From: Acidimicrobiia bacterium
GTDB lineage: Bacteria > Actinomycetota > Acidimicrobiia > Acidimicrobiales > GCA-2861595
Length of the DNA: 34,390 nucleotides
Direction of reading: 5' to 3'
Assembly: GCA_046566225.1 (NCBI GenBank)
Contig: JBKHXC010000522.1
Location: 1-34,390 of the forward strand
Positions 1 through 10,978 of this stretch are shown in pieces. The first letter of the stretch is position 1. Each line of letters opens with the position of its first letter. Both the position numbers and the translations under genes were made by a program. The notes under the pieces were generated by a model. The model was not told where the DNA came from and did no database searches. It worked only from the letters and a program-made list of their open reading frames with translations.

Positions 1-102
1 CGTCCGTCCCGGGTGGTGGCGGGCGATCTCGTTACAGACCGTCTCGAGCACCCAGCCCCGGTTTCCCTCGGAGACGACCAACAGAAGGTCGAGATCGGAC
101 AC
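1..102 (-). CDS. Partial CDS: N-terminal 34 codons of a hypothetical protein that continues beyond the left edge
   Basis: My own reading of the minus strand; it is absent from the ORF track because it has no stop in the window. GTG at 102 gives VSDLDLLLVVSEGNRGWVLETVCNEIARHHPGRT. 28 of 34 third positions are G/C. Too short to assign a family. Confidence 0.35.
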   Translation of the reverse strand, partial: MSDLDLLLVVSEGNRGWVLETVCNEIARHHPGRT

Positions 103-121
103 GAACTGGAGCCTACGGCCG

Positions 122-127
122 TACCCT
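122..127 (+). promoter_or_regulatory. -10-like hexamer TACCCT 6 nt upstream of ATG 134 (possible leaderless start)
   Basis: Fits the TANNNT pattern of actinobacterial -10 boxes and ends 6 nt before the ATG. No properly spaced Shine-Dalgarno. Pattern match only. Confidence 0.3.
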
Positions 128-133
128 GAGGTG

Positions 134-775
134 ATGGCCGGGTACGACGAGATCGCCGAGTACGCCGAGCGCGCCGTGACTCCGGAGCGGCGCGCGGCGG
201 TGGAGCGCCATGCCGGCCGGCTAACGGTCGACGTCGGATGCGGGAACGGGTCCTACGTCCTGCAGCTCGGTGGGGAGCGCACGCTGTTCGGGGTGGATGG
301 ACGCCGATTTGAGGCCTGGGACGCCGCACCCGAGCGATTCCTGGTGTCCGACGCCGCCCAACTTCCCTTGGCCGACGCCTCGGTGGACACCCTCCTGTGC
401 TTCGAGACGCTCGAGCACCTCCCCGATCCCAAGCTGGCCCTGGCGGAGTACCGCCGGGTCACCCGCGGCCGACTGGTGCTAACGGTGCCCAACTGCGAGA
501 TTACGCCCGGTATGCGTGAGAGCAACCTAATTTTCGGCCACTGGGTGGACCGCACCCATCGTAACTTCTACGACCTCAACACGGTCACCGCCGACGTGGT
601 GGCCGGCGGGTTCCGGGTGGTCGAGGCGCGCTACATCAACCGCATTGACGTCTTCCCCTTCCTGGGCGAGGCGCTCCACATCCCGGCGGCTGCCGTGCGG
701 GTGATGCGCAAAGCCCTACGGCCCGTCGTGCGGTCGTATCTGATGACCTGCCTCGTTGTGGGGGAGGCGATGTAA
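134..775 (+). CDS. Class I SAM-dependent methyltransferase
   Basis: Track ORF 131..775. SAM-binding motif VDVGCGNGSY, then LLCFETLEHLPDP and GRLVLTVPN, typical of Methyltransf_11/23-type enzymes. GTG 131 or ATG 134 could be the start. Confidence 0.85.
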   Translation: MAGYDEIAEYAERAVTPERRAAVERHAGRLTVDVGCGNGSYVLQLGGERTLFGVDGRRFEAWDAAPERFLVSDAAQLPLADASVDTLLCFETLEHLPDPKLALAEYRRVTRGRLVLTVPNCEITPGMRESNLIFGHWVDRTHRNFYDLNTVTADVVAGGFRVVEARYINRIDVFPFLGEALHIPAAAVRVMRKALRPVVRSYLMTCLVVGEAM

Positions 776-1045
776 GCGGCCGCCGACCAGGTCGCCGATG
801 CACCGGACGCGGGGCGCGCCCACCGGCCAGCACGCTCCCACCCTCACCGCGTCGGCGGGCGTGGATGCCGGGGGCGTCCCCTGTCGCCACACTGGTCCAG
901 ATGACGCTACCGGCCTGCCCGATCCCTGCAGTCTGGCCCCTGATTGTCTCCGTTCCGGCGTTCGTGTCACCCCACCCAGCCATGGTCGTTGGTTCGCCGG
1001 CGGCGCTGAGACTTGACATCGACACGAAAACACGGGGCCTGAGCG

Positions 1046-1774
1046 TCACGACACCCCGGCTCGGTAGAGCAGCTCGCCGTACGAACTGACGACGATCGGT
1101 GCGTCGGGCAGCTCTTCCACGTCGTCGTAGACGCCACGGAAGCGCACGGCGGTCATGCCGGCCGCCGTCGCACCAGCAACGTCGGTCCGTCGACGGTCTC
1201 CGACGTGCCAGGCAAGGGAAGCGGGCACGCCGAGCCGGTCGAGAACCTGCTCAAAGATCCTCCTGTCCGGCTTGTACATCCCGAGCTCGTCGGACCACGC
1301 CACGACGTCGAACAGCGACAGGACCCCCCACTGCTCCATCCACGCGACAAGGGAGGCCGAGGGCGTCAGCCCGATGTCGCAGATGACGCCCAAAGAGATG
1401 CCACCACCCGCTAGGGCCCGGAGTGCCTCCGCTGCGCCCTCGACCAGCGCGATGTCGCTCAGGCCCCCCGCGTCAACAAACGAGCGCTCGAGATGATCGA
1501 TCGTCGGAGGGTCACACGACAGCGCCAGCGCATCCAAGATGTGGCGCGTCGCCTCGGCGGAGCGGAACTGCGTCCCCGACCGCCACGCGGCCTCGTACGC
1601 CACGAGCGCCGCACGGTGGGCTCGCTCCAGCTGCGCCCGGTCGACGTCGAACCCGGAGGCCATGAGGATGTCGCGCCAGAGCTTGACCCGCGGGCCGAAC
1701 AGCCCCCCCGAGCCTTCGGCAGCGAGGGTGTTCCAGAAGTCGAATGTCACCGCGTCCGGCTTGGGAGGCGCCAC
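1046..1774 (-). CDS. HAD-superfamily hydrolase (subfamily IA-like, with cap region)
   Basis: C-terminal 242 aa of track ORF 1046..2866. HAD motifs: I FDFWNTL, III MYKPDRRIF, IV HVGDRRRTDVAGATAAGM. Start set at in-frame GTG 1774 just before motif I. The rest of the track ORF is antisense to kdsD. Confidence 0.8.
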   Translation of the reverse strand: MAPPKPDAVTFDFWNTLAAEGSGGLFGPRVKLWRDILMASGFDVDRAQLERAHRAALVAYEAAWRSGTQFRSAEATRHILDALALSCDPPTIDHLERSFVDAGGLSDIALVEGAAEALRALAGGGISLGVICDIGLTPSASLVAWMEQWGVLSLFDVVAWSDELGMYKPDRRIFEQVLDRLGVPASLAWHVGDRRRTDVAGATAAGMTAVRFRGVYDDVEELPDAPIVVSSYGELLYRAGVS

Positions 1775-1860
1775 GGCATCGCATTCAAGTCGACCGCGAC
1801 GATGCCCGATTCGCCATGGACGGTTCGTGGACCGTGGCGGTCGTCTCTCGGTGCCGCCCG

Positions 1861-1866
1861 TAGTAT
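1861..1866 (+). promoter_or_regulatory. -10-like hexamer TAGTAT upstream of the alternative kdsD start GTG 1901
   Basis: TANNNT match. If used, GGAAGGG (1883-1889) would serve as SD for GTG 1901. It overlaps ATG 1865, so the two start models exclude each other. Pattern only. Confidence 0.25.
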
Positions 1867-2890
1867 GCGCACTCCGACGCTCGGAAGGGCTCATCCGCAG
1901 GTGACTTCGATTGGTCCCGGACCCGGCGAGAAGGGGGCGGCTCGGCTCCTCCGCGCCGAGGCCGAGGCGTTGCTGGCGGCCGCCGATCGCCTCGACGAGG
2001 CAGCGTTCGCCTCGGCCGTCGACCTCGTAGCGCGCTGCAAGGGGAAGGTGGTCACGGTGGGGGCGGGGACGTCGGGGATCATCGCCCGCAAGATCGCCGC
2101 CACGATGACGAGCACGGGCATGCCCGCCGTCTTCCTGCACCCGAACGACGCGCGTCACGGGGCCCTCGGCGCGGTGTCCGGCGACGACGTGGTCGTCGTC
2201 ATCAGCAACAGCGGTGAGACGGCGGAACTGCTCGGCCTCCTCCCCTACCTGCGGCACCGGTCGGTGCCCGTCATCGGCATCCTGGGGAGAACGGAGTCGG
2301 CGCTGGCCCGGGCAGCCGACATCGTCCTCGACGCCGGTGCCGAGCGCGAGATCTGCCCGTTCAACCTGGCGCCCACCTCCAGCACGACGACGGCGCTGGC
2401 GATCGGCGACGCCCTCGCCGTCGCGGTCTACGAGCAGCGCGGGCTGACGCCGGAGCAGTTCGCCCTGAACCACCCGTCCGGTGCACTCGGGCGCCGCCTC
2501 ACCCTGCGCGTGTCCGACGTCATGCACGCGGGCGACGACCTCCCCGCCGTCGGCCCTCACAGCCGGTGGACCGACGTGCTCGCCTGCCTCACGGATGGGG
2601 GCCTCGGTGCCGTCGTCGTCCTCGGCGAGGCCCGGGAGCTCCTTGGGATCATCACCGACGGCGACGTCCGCCGAACCGTGCAACGATCCGGCGACTCGGC
2701 ACTCTCGAATCTCGTCGCCACAGACCTCATGACCCGCCGGCCGACCGTGGTCGCGCACGACGTCCTCGTCTACGACGCCCTCCAGCAGATGGAGGACCGG
2801 CCGTCGCAGATCTCCGCCCTCCCGGTGGTTTCGGGCGACGTGTGCGTCGGCGTGGTGCGGGTCCACGACCTCGTTCGGGCCGGCGTCTGA
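1865..2890 (+). CDS. kdsD: Arabinose-5-phosphate isomerase (KpsF/KdsD type: SIS domain plus tandem CBS)
   Basis: Part of track ORF 1493..2890. SIS block VVTVGAGTSGIIARKIAATMTSTGMPAVFLHP...VVVISNSGET, then two CBS repeats (VSDVMH..., ATDLMTRRP...). ATG 1865 chosen; GTG 1901 is an alternative. Stop TGA 2888-2890 overlaps the kdsB ATG (TGATG). Confidence 0.9.
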   Translation: MRTPTLGRAHPQVTSIGPGPGEKGAARLLRAEAEALLAAADRLDEAAFASAVDLVARCKGKVVTVGAGTSGIIARKIAATMTSTGMPAVFLHPNDARHGALGAVSGDDVVVVISNSGETAELLGLLPYLRHRSVPVIGILGRTESALARAADIVLDAGAEREICPFNLAPTSSTTTALAIGDALAVAVYEQRGLTPEQFALNHPSGALGRRLTLRVSDVMHAGDDLPAVGPHSRWTDVLACLTDGGLGAVVVLGEARELLGIITDGDVRRTVQRSGDSALSNLVATDLMTRRPTVVAHDVLVYDALQQMEDRPSQISALPVVSGDVCVGVVRVHDLVRAGV

Positions 2891-3621
2891 TGCACGTTCT
2901 GGGTGTCATCCCGGCCCGCATGGGCGCCGTGCGCTTCCCGGGCAAGCCCCTGGTTGACCTGTGCGGCCGGCCGGTCATCGCGTGGGTGCTCGAGTCGGCG
3001 CGCGCGGCGACGGCCCTCGACGAGGTGGTCGTGGCGACGCCCGATCGGGCGATCCTCGACGCCGTGGAGGCGGCGGGCGGGTCCGCCGTGCTGACCAGCC
3101 CCGACCACCGGACAGGGACCGACCGTGTCGCCGAGGTCGCGGCCGGACGCGACGACGTCGACGTGGTCGTGAACGTCCAGGGGGACCTGCCCTTGATCCG
3201 CCCGGACATGCTCGACGCACTCGTCGCGCCCTTCGCCGCCGATCCACGGCCGGTGATGGCGACCCTCGGCGCCCCGCTGGTCGCCGGCGGCGAGGGCGAC
3301 CCGCACACCGTGAAGGTGGTGTGCGACCTCAACGGGGACGCCCTGTACTTCTCCCGCAGCCCCATCCCCCACCGGCGCCCGGGCCAGCCGGTCCTGGCGC
3401 GGCACCACCTCGGCCTCTACGCCTTCACCCGGGCCTTCCTGCTGTCGTACGCGACGTGGGCGCCGACGCCCCTCGAGCTGAGCGAGGGCCTCGAGCAGCT
3501 CCGCGTCCTCGAGTACGGGCATCGCATCCGGGTCGCCCCGGTCGACGAGTCCGTCCCGGAGGTGAACACGCCCGACGACCTCGCCGCCGCCGCCCGCTGG
3601 ATCGAAGAGCGGTCACCGTGA
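2890..3621 (+). CDS. kdsB: 3-deoxy-manno-octulosonate cytidylyltransferase (CMP-KDO synthetase)
   Basis: Part of track ORF 2566..3621. [21 protein letters not shown] matches the KdsB N-terminal motif (IPAR..S.R.PGKPL). Also [10 protein letters not shown] and [10 protein letters not shown]. 243 aa. Both ends overlap the neighbouring genes. Confidence 0.9.
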   Translation: MHVLGVIPARMGAVRFPGKPLVDLCGRPVIAWVLESARAATALDEVVVATPDRAILDAVEAAGGSAVLTSPDHRTGTDRVAEVAAGRDDVDVVVNVQGDLPLIRPDMLDALVAPFAADPRPVMATLGAPLVAGGEGDPHTVKVVCDLNGDALYFSRSPIPHRRPGQPVLARHHLGLYAFTRAFLLSYATWAPTPLELSEGLEQLRVLEYGHRIRVAPVDESVPEVNTPDDLAAAARWIEERSP

Positions 3622-4463
3622 CGGCGGCCTGGGACGTCGCCGGCATCCCCGTCGGCCCGGGCGAGCGCCCGCTCGTGATCGCCGGCCCCTGCGTGATCGA
3701 AGGCGAGGCGTTCACCGTGGAGATGGCCCACGCCGTGAAAGCCGTGGCCGAGCAGGTCGGCGTGCCGCTGATCTTCAAGTCCTCGTTCGACAAGGCGAAC
3801 CGGACGTCGGCGCGCGGCTTCCGCGGCACCGGACTCGACAAGGGGCTGGCCGTGCTGGCCGAGGTGAAGCGGCAGACCGGCCTGCCGTTGCTCACCGACA
3901 TCCACGAGTCGTGGCAGGCGGCGCCCGTCTCCGAGGTATGCGACGTCCTCCAGATACCGGCCTTTCTCTGCCGCCAGACCGACCTCTTGCTCGCCGCCGC
4001 CGCCACCCCACGGACGGTGAACGTCAAGAAGGGCCAGTTCACCTCCCCCGCCGAGATGCGCTACGTCGTGGAGAAGCTCGCCGGGGGCGGTGCCCGTCAG
4101 GTCGTCCTGACGGAGCGGGGGACGTCGTTCGGGTACAACGACCTCGTGGTGGACTTCCGGTCCCTGCCGGTGATGCGCAGCTTCGGCGTGCCCGTCGTGT
4201 TCGACGCCACCCACAGCGTTCAGCGCCCGGGCGGGCGCCGGGGGGCCAGCGGCGGGCGGCGCGCGTACGTCCCCTACCTGTCGAGGGCCGCCGCCGCCGC
4301 CGGTGTCGACGGGTTCTTCCTGGAGGTTCACCGGGACCCTGACAACGCCCCGAGTGACGGGCCGAACATGGTGCGACTCGACGATCTGGCGGCGATCCTG
4401 CGCGACCTCGTGGCCGTCCGCGACGCGGTGGAGCCACTCCCGCCGCTGCCCCCTGATGGGTGA
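3618..4463 (+). CDS. kdsA: 2-dehydro-3-deoxyphosphooctonate aldolase (KDO-8-phosphate synthase), metal-dependent subclass signature
   Basis: Part of track ORF 2961..4463. Textbook blocks [73 protein letters not shown]. The Cys in IAGPCVIEG marks metal-dependent enzymes. GTG 3618 overlaps the kdsB stop (GTGA). 281 aa. Confidence 0.93.
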   Translation: MTAAWDVAGIPVGPGERPLVIAGPCVIEGEAFTVEMAHAVKAVAEQVGVPLIFKSSFDKANRTSARGFRGTGLDKGLAVLAEVKRQTGLPLLTDIHESWQAAPVSEVCDVLQIPAFLCRQTDLLLAAAATPRTVNVKKGQFTSPAEMRYVVEKLAGGGARQVVLTERGTSFGYNDLVVDFRSLPVMRSFGVPVVFDATHSVQRPGGRRGASGGRRAYVPYLSRAAAAAGVDGFFLEVHRDPDNAPSDGPNMVRLDDLAAILRDLVAVRDAVEPLPPLPPDG

Positions 4464-4523
4464 GCTGACCGATGGTCGGAGTGACGCGCCTGCGATGAGC
4501 GATCGGCAGGGGGCCTCCCGCGG

Positions 4524-5543
4524 TCACCTCGGCGTGGTGCGACGCCCGACGCGCTCGAGGGCGCCGGCCGCCACGCCCGTGAGCCAGCCGAGGCCCACGG
4601 CCGCCATCGCGACCATGCCGGCGGCGTGGCCGGCGGGGCCGGCGTCCGGCTCGTCGGAGCCCAGGGCCTCGGCGGCGGCCAGCGCAGCCGCCCCCAGGCT
4701 CGCCAGGGTGGCGACGCCCCCGGCCCGTCCTCTCCGCACGGCCAGGAGCAGAGCGGCGCCCACGGGGAGCGGCGACGCCAGGAGGACCATCTGGCGGGGC
4801 CGCGGCCGGTCGCCGGTCGTACGCCAGTAGCGCCACTTCCACCGGCCGAAGCGCCGGTACTGGGCGAACAGCGCCCCGATCGAATCACGGGGGACGTACC
4901 CGACCTCGAGGCCGCTCTCGAACCAGACCGTCCCGGTTCGCCCGAGGCGACGGTTCAGCTCGAAGTCCTGGTTGGTCGGGAAGTCGAGCCTCCAACCCCC
5001 CACGGCGCGCAGGTCGGCGGTGCGGAAGGCACCGAGGTAGACGGTGTCGCTCGGACCGCTCGGCGCACCGCGGCGGTACCGCGAGAGCCCCATCGCCCAG
5101 CGATTGTTGAGCGCACGGGCGATGCCGGCACCCACCGCCCCACGGCGGGGCGGAAGGGCCCGCTGCGACCCGCCGACGACCACGACTTCGGGACGGGCCG
5201 CCAGGACTGCGATGCAGCGCCGCACGTAGTCGGGTGGCACCAGGCTCCGGGCGTCCACCCGGCACACGTACGTGCCGCGGACGGCGGCGAGGCCGGCGTT
5301 CAGGTTGGAGGGCGTCGTTGCCTCCGGGTTGGTGACGACCTCGGTACGGGCGAAGCCGTGCCCGGCGAGCGCCCGGGCAGCCGCCTCGGGCGTGCCGTCC
5401 TGTGAGCAGCCGTCCACGACCACCACCTCCAGCCGGTCGAGGGGGAAGTCCTGGGCGGCGACGGCGGCGACGCAGGCCTCGATGTGGCGGGCCTCGTTCC
5501 TGGTCGGGATCAGCACGCTCACGACGGCGCCGGAAACGTTCAC
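4524..5543 (-). CDS. Family 2 (GT-A fold) glycosyltransferase with C-terminal hydrophobic helices
   Basis: VSVLIPTRNEARHIEACV...LEVVVVDGCSQDGT is the classic GT2 N-terminal signature. The hydrophobic tail is LLASPLPVGAALLLAV... and MVAMAAVGLGWLTGVAAG. GTG 5543 overlaps the stop of the upstream gene (GTGA). Confidence 0.85.
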   Translation of the reverse strand: MNVSGAVVSVLIPTRNEARHIEACVAAVAAQDFPLDRLEVVVVDGCSQDGTPEAAARALAGHGFARTEVVTNPEATTPSNLNAGLAAVRGTYVCRVDARSLVPPDYVRRCIAVLAARPEVVVVGGSQRALPPRRGAVGAGIARALNNRWAMGLSRYRRGAPSGPSDTVYLGAFRTADLRAVGGWRLDFPTNQDFELNRRLGRTGTVWFESGLEVGYVPRDSIGALFAQYRRFGRWKWRYWRTTGDRPRPRQMVLLASPLPVGAALLLAVRRGRAGGVATLASLGAAALAAAEALGSDEPDAGPAGHAAGMVAMAAVGLGWLTGVAAGALERVGRRTTPR

Positions 5544-6865
5544 CGACCACCGAGGCCGATGACGCTCCGGATGGTTCGACCGACGATCCGGGCGTCAAGG
5601 GCAAGGTCCTGGTGGCGGAGGTAGTAGAACTCGTACTGCAGCTTCTCCATGGCGTCGAGGTGGCTCGCTCCGTAGGCGTACTTCACCTGGGCCCACCCGG
5701 TCAGCCCCGGCCTGACGAGGTGCCGCAGCCCGTAGAAGGGGATCTTCTCGCTCAGCTCCTCCACGTAGTGGACCTGCTCCGGGCGGGGCCCCACGAGGGA
5801 GAGGTCTCCGCGCAACAGGTTGATGACCTGCGGGATCTCATCGACGTGAAGGCGGCGCAGGACGCCGCCGAACGGCGTGATGCGCGGATCGTCGGGACTC
5901 GTCCAGGTGCCTGAACCGTCGCCGGGCCGCATGGTCCGGAACTTGTAGATCGTGAACGGATGACCGAAGCGGCCGACCCGCCGCTGCTCGAACAGGACAG
6001 GGCCGCGGTTCCCCAGCACGTTCCCGACGACCACGAGAGCGGTCGCCGCGAGCAGCACCGCGAGCCCCGGCACGGCGACGGCGATGTCGATGGTCCTCTT
6101 GATGCGCCCGTAGCGGGCACGGTGGAGCTCGCCGATGTCGAACATCAGGGCCATCCGCTCGAGCTCCGACAGCGGCAGCTTCCCGAGCCACTCCTCGTAG
6201 AAGAGCGAGAGCGTCCTCACGCGTACGCCACCCTCGTGCAGTTCGGCGGCCTGGTGGACGATGGACTCGTCGGATTGGGCCTCCCTGGACAGGACCAGCA
6301 CGGTGGCGCTGACCGGGACGACGGCGTCCACCAGCGGGCGCCGCCCTCCGGGCGTGACCGTCGCCCCCCCCGGAGCCAGGGTGGCAACCAGCCGGGCAGG
6401 CTGCTCGGGACTCCTGTCGAGGTCCGCCTGCAAGGCGGCCGCCTCTTCGGGATTCGCCACCAGTACGACACGGTCGCGACCCTCCTGCCGGAGCCGGCCA
6501 CCTGACGACAGCGCCGCGCAGGCGACGTACCACGGGACCACCAGGACGGCGGACCCGAACACCACGAACCTGGGGAGCAGGGCCGAGCCCAGAGCCAACT
6601 GGGCGAGCGAGACGAGCACGGCCGCCGACCCACTGGCCGCCGCCGAGGTGCCGAGGGCCGTCCGCCAGTTGCGTGCCAGGTCTGGGAGACCGAACCCGTA
6701 GGCGCCTCCGCAGAGGAAGGTGATGTAGGCGAAGGACCATGCGAACCGGAAGGAGCCCGTGTAGTCGTACGGCCTGGCTGCCACCTCGGCGGCGTGCAGC
6801 TTCCCGAGGCCGAGGACGATGGCCGCCGTCCCGAGGTAGAGGAGGAGCCGGGCGCTTCGCCGCAT
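5540..6865 (-). CDS. Polyprenyl-phosphate glycosyl-1-phosphate transferase (WbaP/EpsB-type initiating sugar transferase)
   Basis: C-terminal bacterial sugar transferase domain: KRTIDIAVA, PVLFEQRRVGRFGHPFTIYKFRTM, DEIPQVINLLRGDLSLVGPRP, PGLTGWAQV. It is preceded by several TM helices and a central soluble domain. Start at ATG 6865 (MRRSARLLLYLG). The upstream part of track ORF 5540..7039 is not coding-like. Confidence 0.88.
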   Translation of the reverse strand: MRRSARLLLYLGTAAIVLGLGKLHAAEVAARPYDYTGSFRFAWSFAYITFLCGGAYGFGLPDLARNWRTALGTSAAASGSAAVLVSLAQLALGSALLPRFVVFGSAVLVVPWYVACAALSSGGRLRQEGRDRVVLVANPEEAAALQADLDRSPEQPARLVATLAPGGATVTPGGRRPLVDAVVPVSATVLVLSREAQSDESIVHQAAELHEGGVRVRTLSLFYEEWLGKLPLSELERMALMFDIGELHRARYGRIKRTIDIAVAVPGLAVLLAATALVVVGNVLGNRGPVLFEQRRVGRFGHPFTIYKFRTMRPGDGSGTWTSPDDPRITPFGGVLRRLHVDEIPQVINLLRGDLSLVGPRPEQVHYVEELSEKIPFYGLRHLVRPGLTGWAQVKYAYGASHLDAMEKLQYEFYYLRHQDLALDARIVGRTIRSVIGLGGR

Positions 6866-6935
6866 CGCTACATCTGTACCAGTCCGGCTTCCGCCCGCCA
6901 GCGGGCTCCCGACCGGGTGGGGACGGAACCGGGCG

Positions 6936-7901
6936 TCATACCGGTGCGCGCAGCACCACGTGGGCGCCCGTCCTCGCGACGTCCGCGAGCTCGAAGCGAG
7001 TGAACTCGGCGGCCAGCGGGACGGACCGGAGCTCGGCAAGCCGGCCCTCGTCGACCAGCGCCGAGTCGTGGACGATCTCGAACCCCGTTGCGCGGAACAT
7101 GTCGACGTACTCGGAGTGGCGCATCCGGTTCTGGAACTGGATGGACGAGTTGTACCGCCTCCACCGGCGCTCGGAGTACCGGAGGAAGTTGAACGGCGTG
7201 ATGGAGCGGTCGAAGTGCGAGTAGTGGTCGCTGTAGTCGATGACGAAGCTGGCCACGCCGCCCGGGCGAAGGATGCGCCGGCACTCCCTCAGTATCGGCC
7301 CGATGTCGGCCCTCGGGATGTGCTCCAGCGTCGACGTCGACGTCACGCAGTCGACACACCCGGACGCCAGCTCGGTCGCCCGAGCGTCGGCCGGTGCCAG
7401 GTAGGTGATCCCGAACGCCGACGCCTTCTGCCGTGCGGTGCGGCGGGTGGAGGCTCCGCCGGCGCCCGACCGGAGCCGCGCATGCGCCGCCTCGTCGAGC
7501 GCCTCGTCACGGGCGAGCCTGGCCGCCACGTCGTCGACCAGGTCTGGGCGGGCGTGCGGCGTGCGGTCGACGACGACCTGGGACCCGACACCCAGGGCGT
7601 AGAGCGTGATCGCCACGTGAAGGTCCCACCCGGCGCCGAACTCGAAGAAGGTGGCCTCGCCGGCGGGCGTCATCGGGACGGCGTGGCCCGAGAAGGCGTC
7701 CAGGTGGGCCCGGGCGCTGCCCACGGCGGCCCGCAGCCGCCCGTCGGAGATCGGCACCCCGTGGGTGACGTGCCGCTGGAGGAGGTAGTTGAGCCGGGCG
7801 CCGCCCGGCACCGACGACAGCACCCTCTGGAGCGCCGCCTTGGTTCGCCAGTCCCGGAGGATGGTGGCGGCCGACGGGCGCCGCCGCGACGGGACGCTCA
7901 C
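6936..7901 (-). CDS. Class I SAM-dependent methyltransferase
   Basis: Tail of track ORF 6936..10772. Motif [10 protein letters not shown], then [12 protein letters not shown] and [12 protein letters not shown]. Start GTG 7901 lies only 23 nt after the uvrA stop; the start is moderately uncertain. Confidence 0.75.
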   Translation of the reverse strand: MSVPSRRRPSAATILRDWRTKAALQRVLSSVPGGARLNYLLQRHVTHGVPISDGRLRAAVGSARAHLDAFSGHAVPMTPAGEATFFEFGAGWDLHVAITLYALGVGSQVVVDRTPHARPDLVDDVAARLARDEALDEAAHARLRSGAGGASTRRTARQKASAFGITYLAPADARATELASGCVDCVTSTSTLEHIPRADIGPILRECRRILRPGGVASFVIDYSDHYSHFDRSITPFNFLRYSERRWRRYNSSIQFQNRMRHSEYVDMFRATGFEIVHDSALVDEGRLAELRSVPLAAEFTRFELADVARTGAHVVLRAPV

Positions 7902-7924
7902 CTTCGGTCCACGGACGCGGTGCC

Positions 7925-10762
<2,838 letters not shown>

Positions 10763-10770
10763 CGGGCACC

Positions 10771-10776
10771 ACGATA
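10771..10776 (-). promoter_or_regulatory. -10-like hexamer TATCGT 8 nt upstream of the uvrA ATG (possible leaderless promoter)
   Basis: The minus strand reads TATCGTggtgcccgATG. TANNNT match, no SD. Pattern only. Confidence 0.3.
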
Positions 10777-10978
10777 CCGGCCGGCGCCGGCTACGCCTCC
10801 CGCTCCGGCCACCGACGGGACCGCCGGCGCGACCGGGGAGGGGCCCCTCCGTGCTCGTGCGGCAGGCAAGGGCGTATAGCGCCACTCGGTGCCGCATGAA
10901 GGGGCACCCGGGCCGCCAGCCGTCCCGTCCCCGGTGATGGACGGGTCGACGGACAGGCGGCTGGTGGGCACCGCCGCC

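Noticed and set aside
776-1045. A 270-nt gap between the convergent methyltransferase and HAD genes. It includes small ORF 865..1089 (hydrophobic segment) and a TTGACA hexamer near 1013. I wondered about an sRNA, riboswitch or small membrane protein.
   Set aside because: The ORF has only about 72 percent G/C at third positions, against about 90 percent in real genes here, and it overlaps the HAD 3-prime end. I found no tRNA-like or known riboswitch features, no matching -10 for the TTGACA, and no clear hairpin. Unexplained but not supportable.
1775-2866. N-terminal extensions of composite track ORFs: 1046..2866, 6936..10772, 10979..14218, 12622..15999, 16704..20459, 26778..29570, 27701..30328, 32154..33464, 30975..33662 and 2961..4463.
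   Set aside because: The recognisable domain starts at an internal ATG or GTG. That start often overlaps the previous gene's stop by 1-4 nt. The upstream part reads through a neighbouring gene in a wrong frame and gives Arg/Pro-rich nonsense.
6364-6371. A homopolymeric C8 tract (G8 on the coding strand) inside the initiating sugar transferase gene, as a possible slipped-strand phase-variation switch.
   Set aside because: Runs of 7 C/G also occur in housekeeping genes here, for example in uvrA near 9832 and in the HAD gene near 1703. The tract is therefore most simply explained by composition (Gly/Pro codons).
10837-10850. A perfect 14-bp palindrome, GGAGGGGCCCCTCC, in the uvrA upstream region.
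   Set aside because: As RNA it gives only a 5-bp stem with a 4-nt loop. It lies 129 nt downstream of the preceding gene's stop. It is too short to call as a terminator or operator without further evidence.
10763-10978. A search by eye for an SOS (LexA, TCGAAC-N4-GTTCGA type) box or a PafBC/RecA-NDp-type motif (TGTCGGTG-N8-TANNNT) upstream of uvrA, and likewise upstream of uvrB (18717-18751).
   Set aside because: No GAAC/GTTC dyad is present. CGTCGGTG occurs upstream of uvrA, but no TANNNT follows at the right distance. This was eye inspection only, so weak sites could have been missed.
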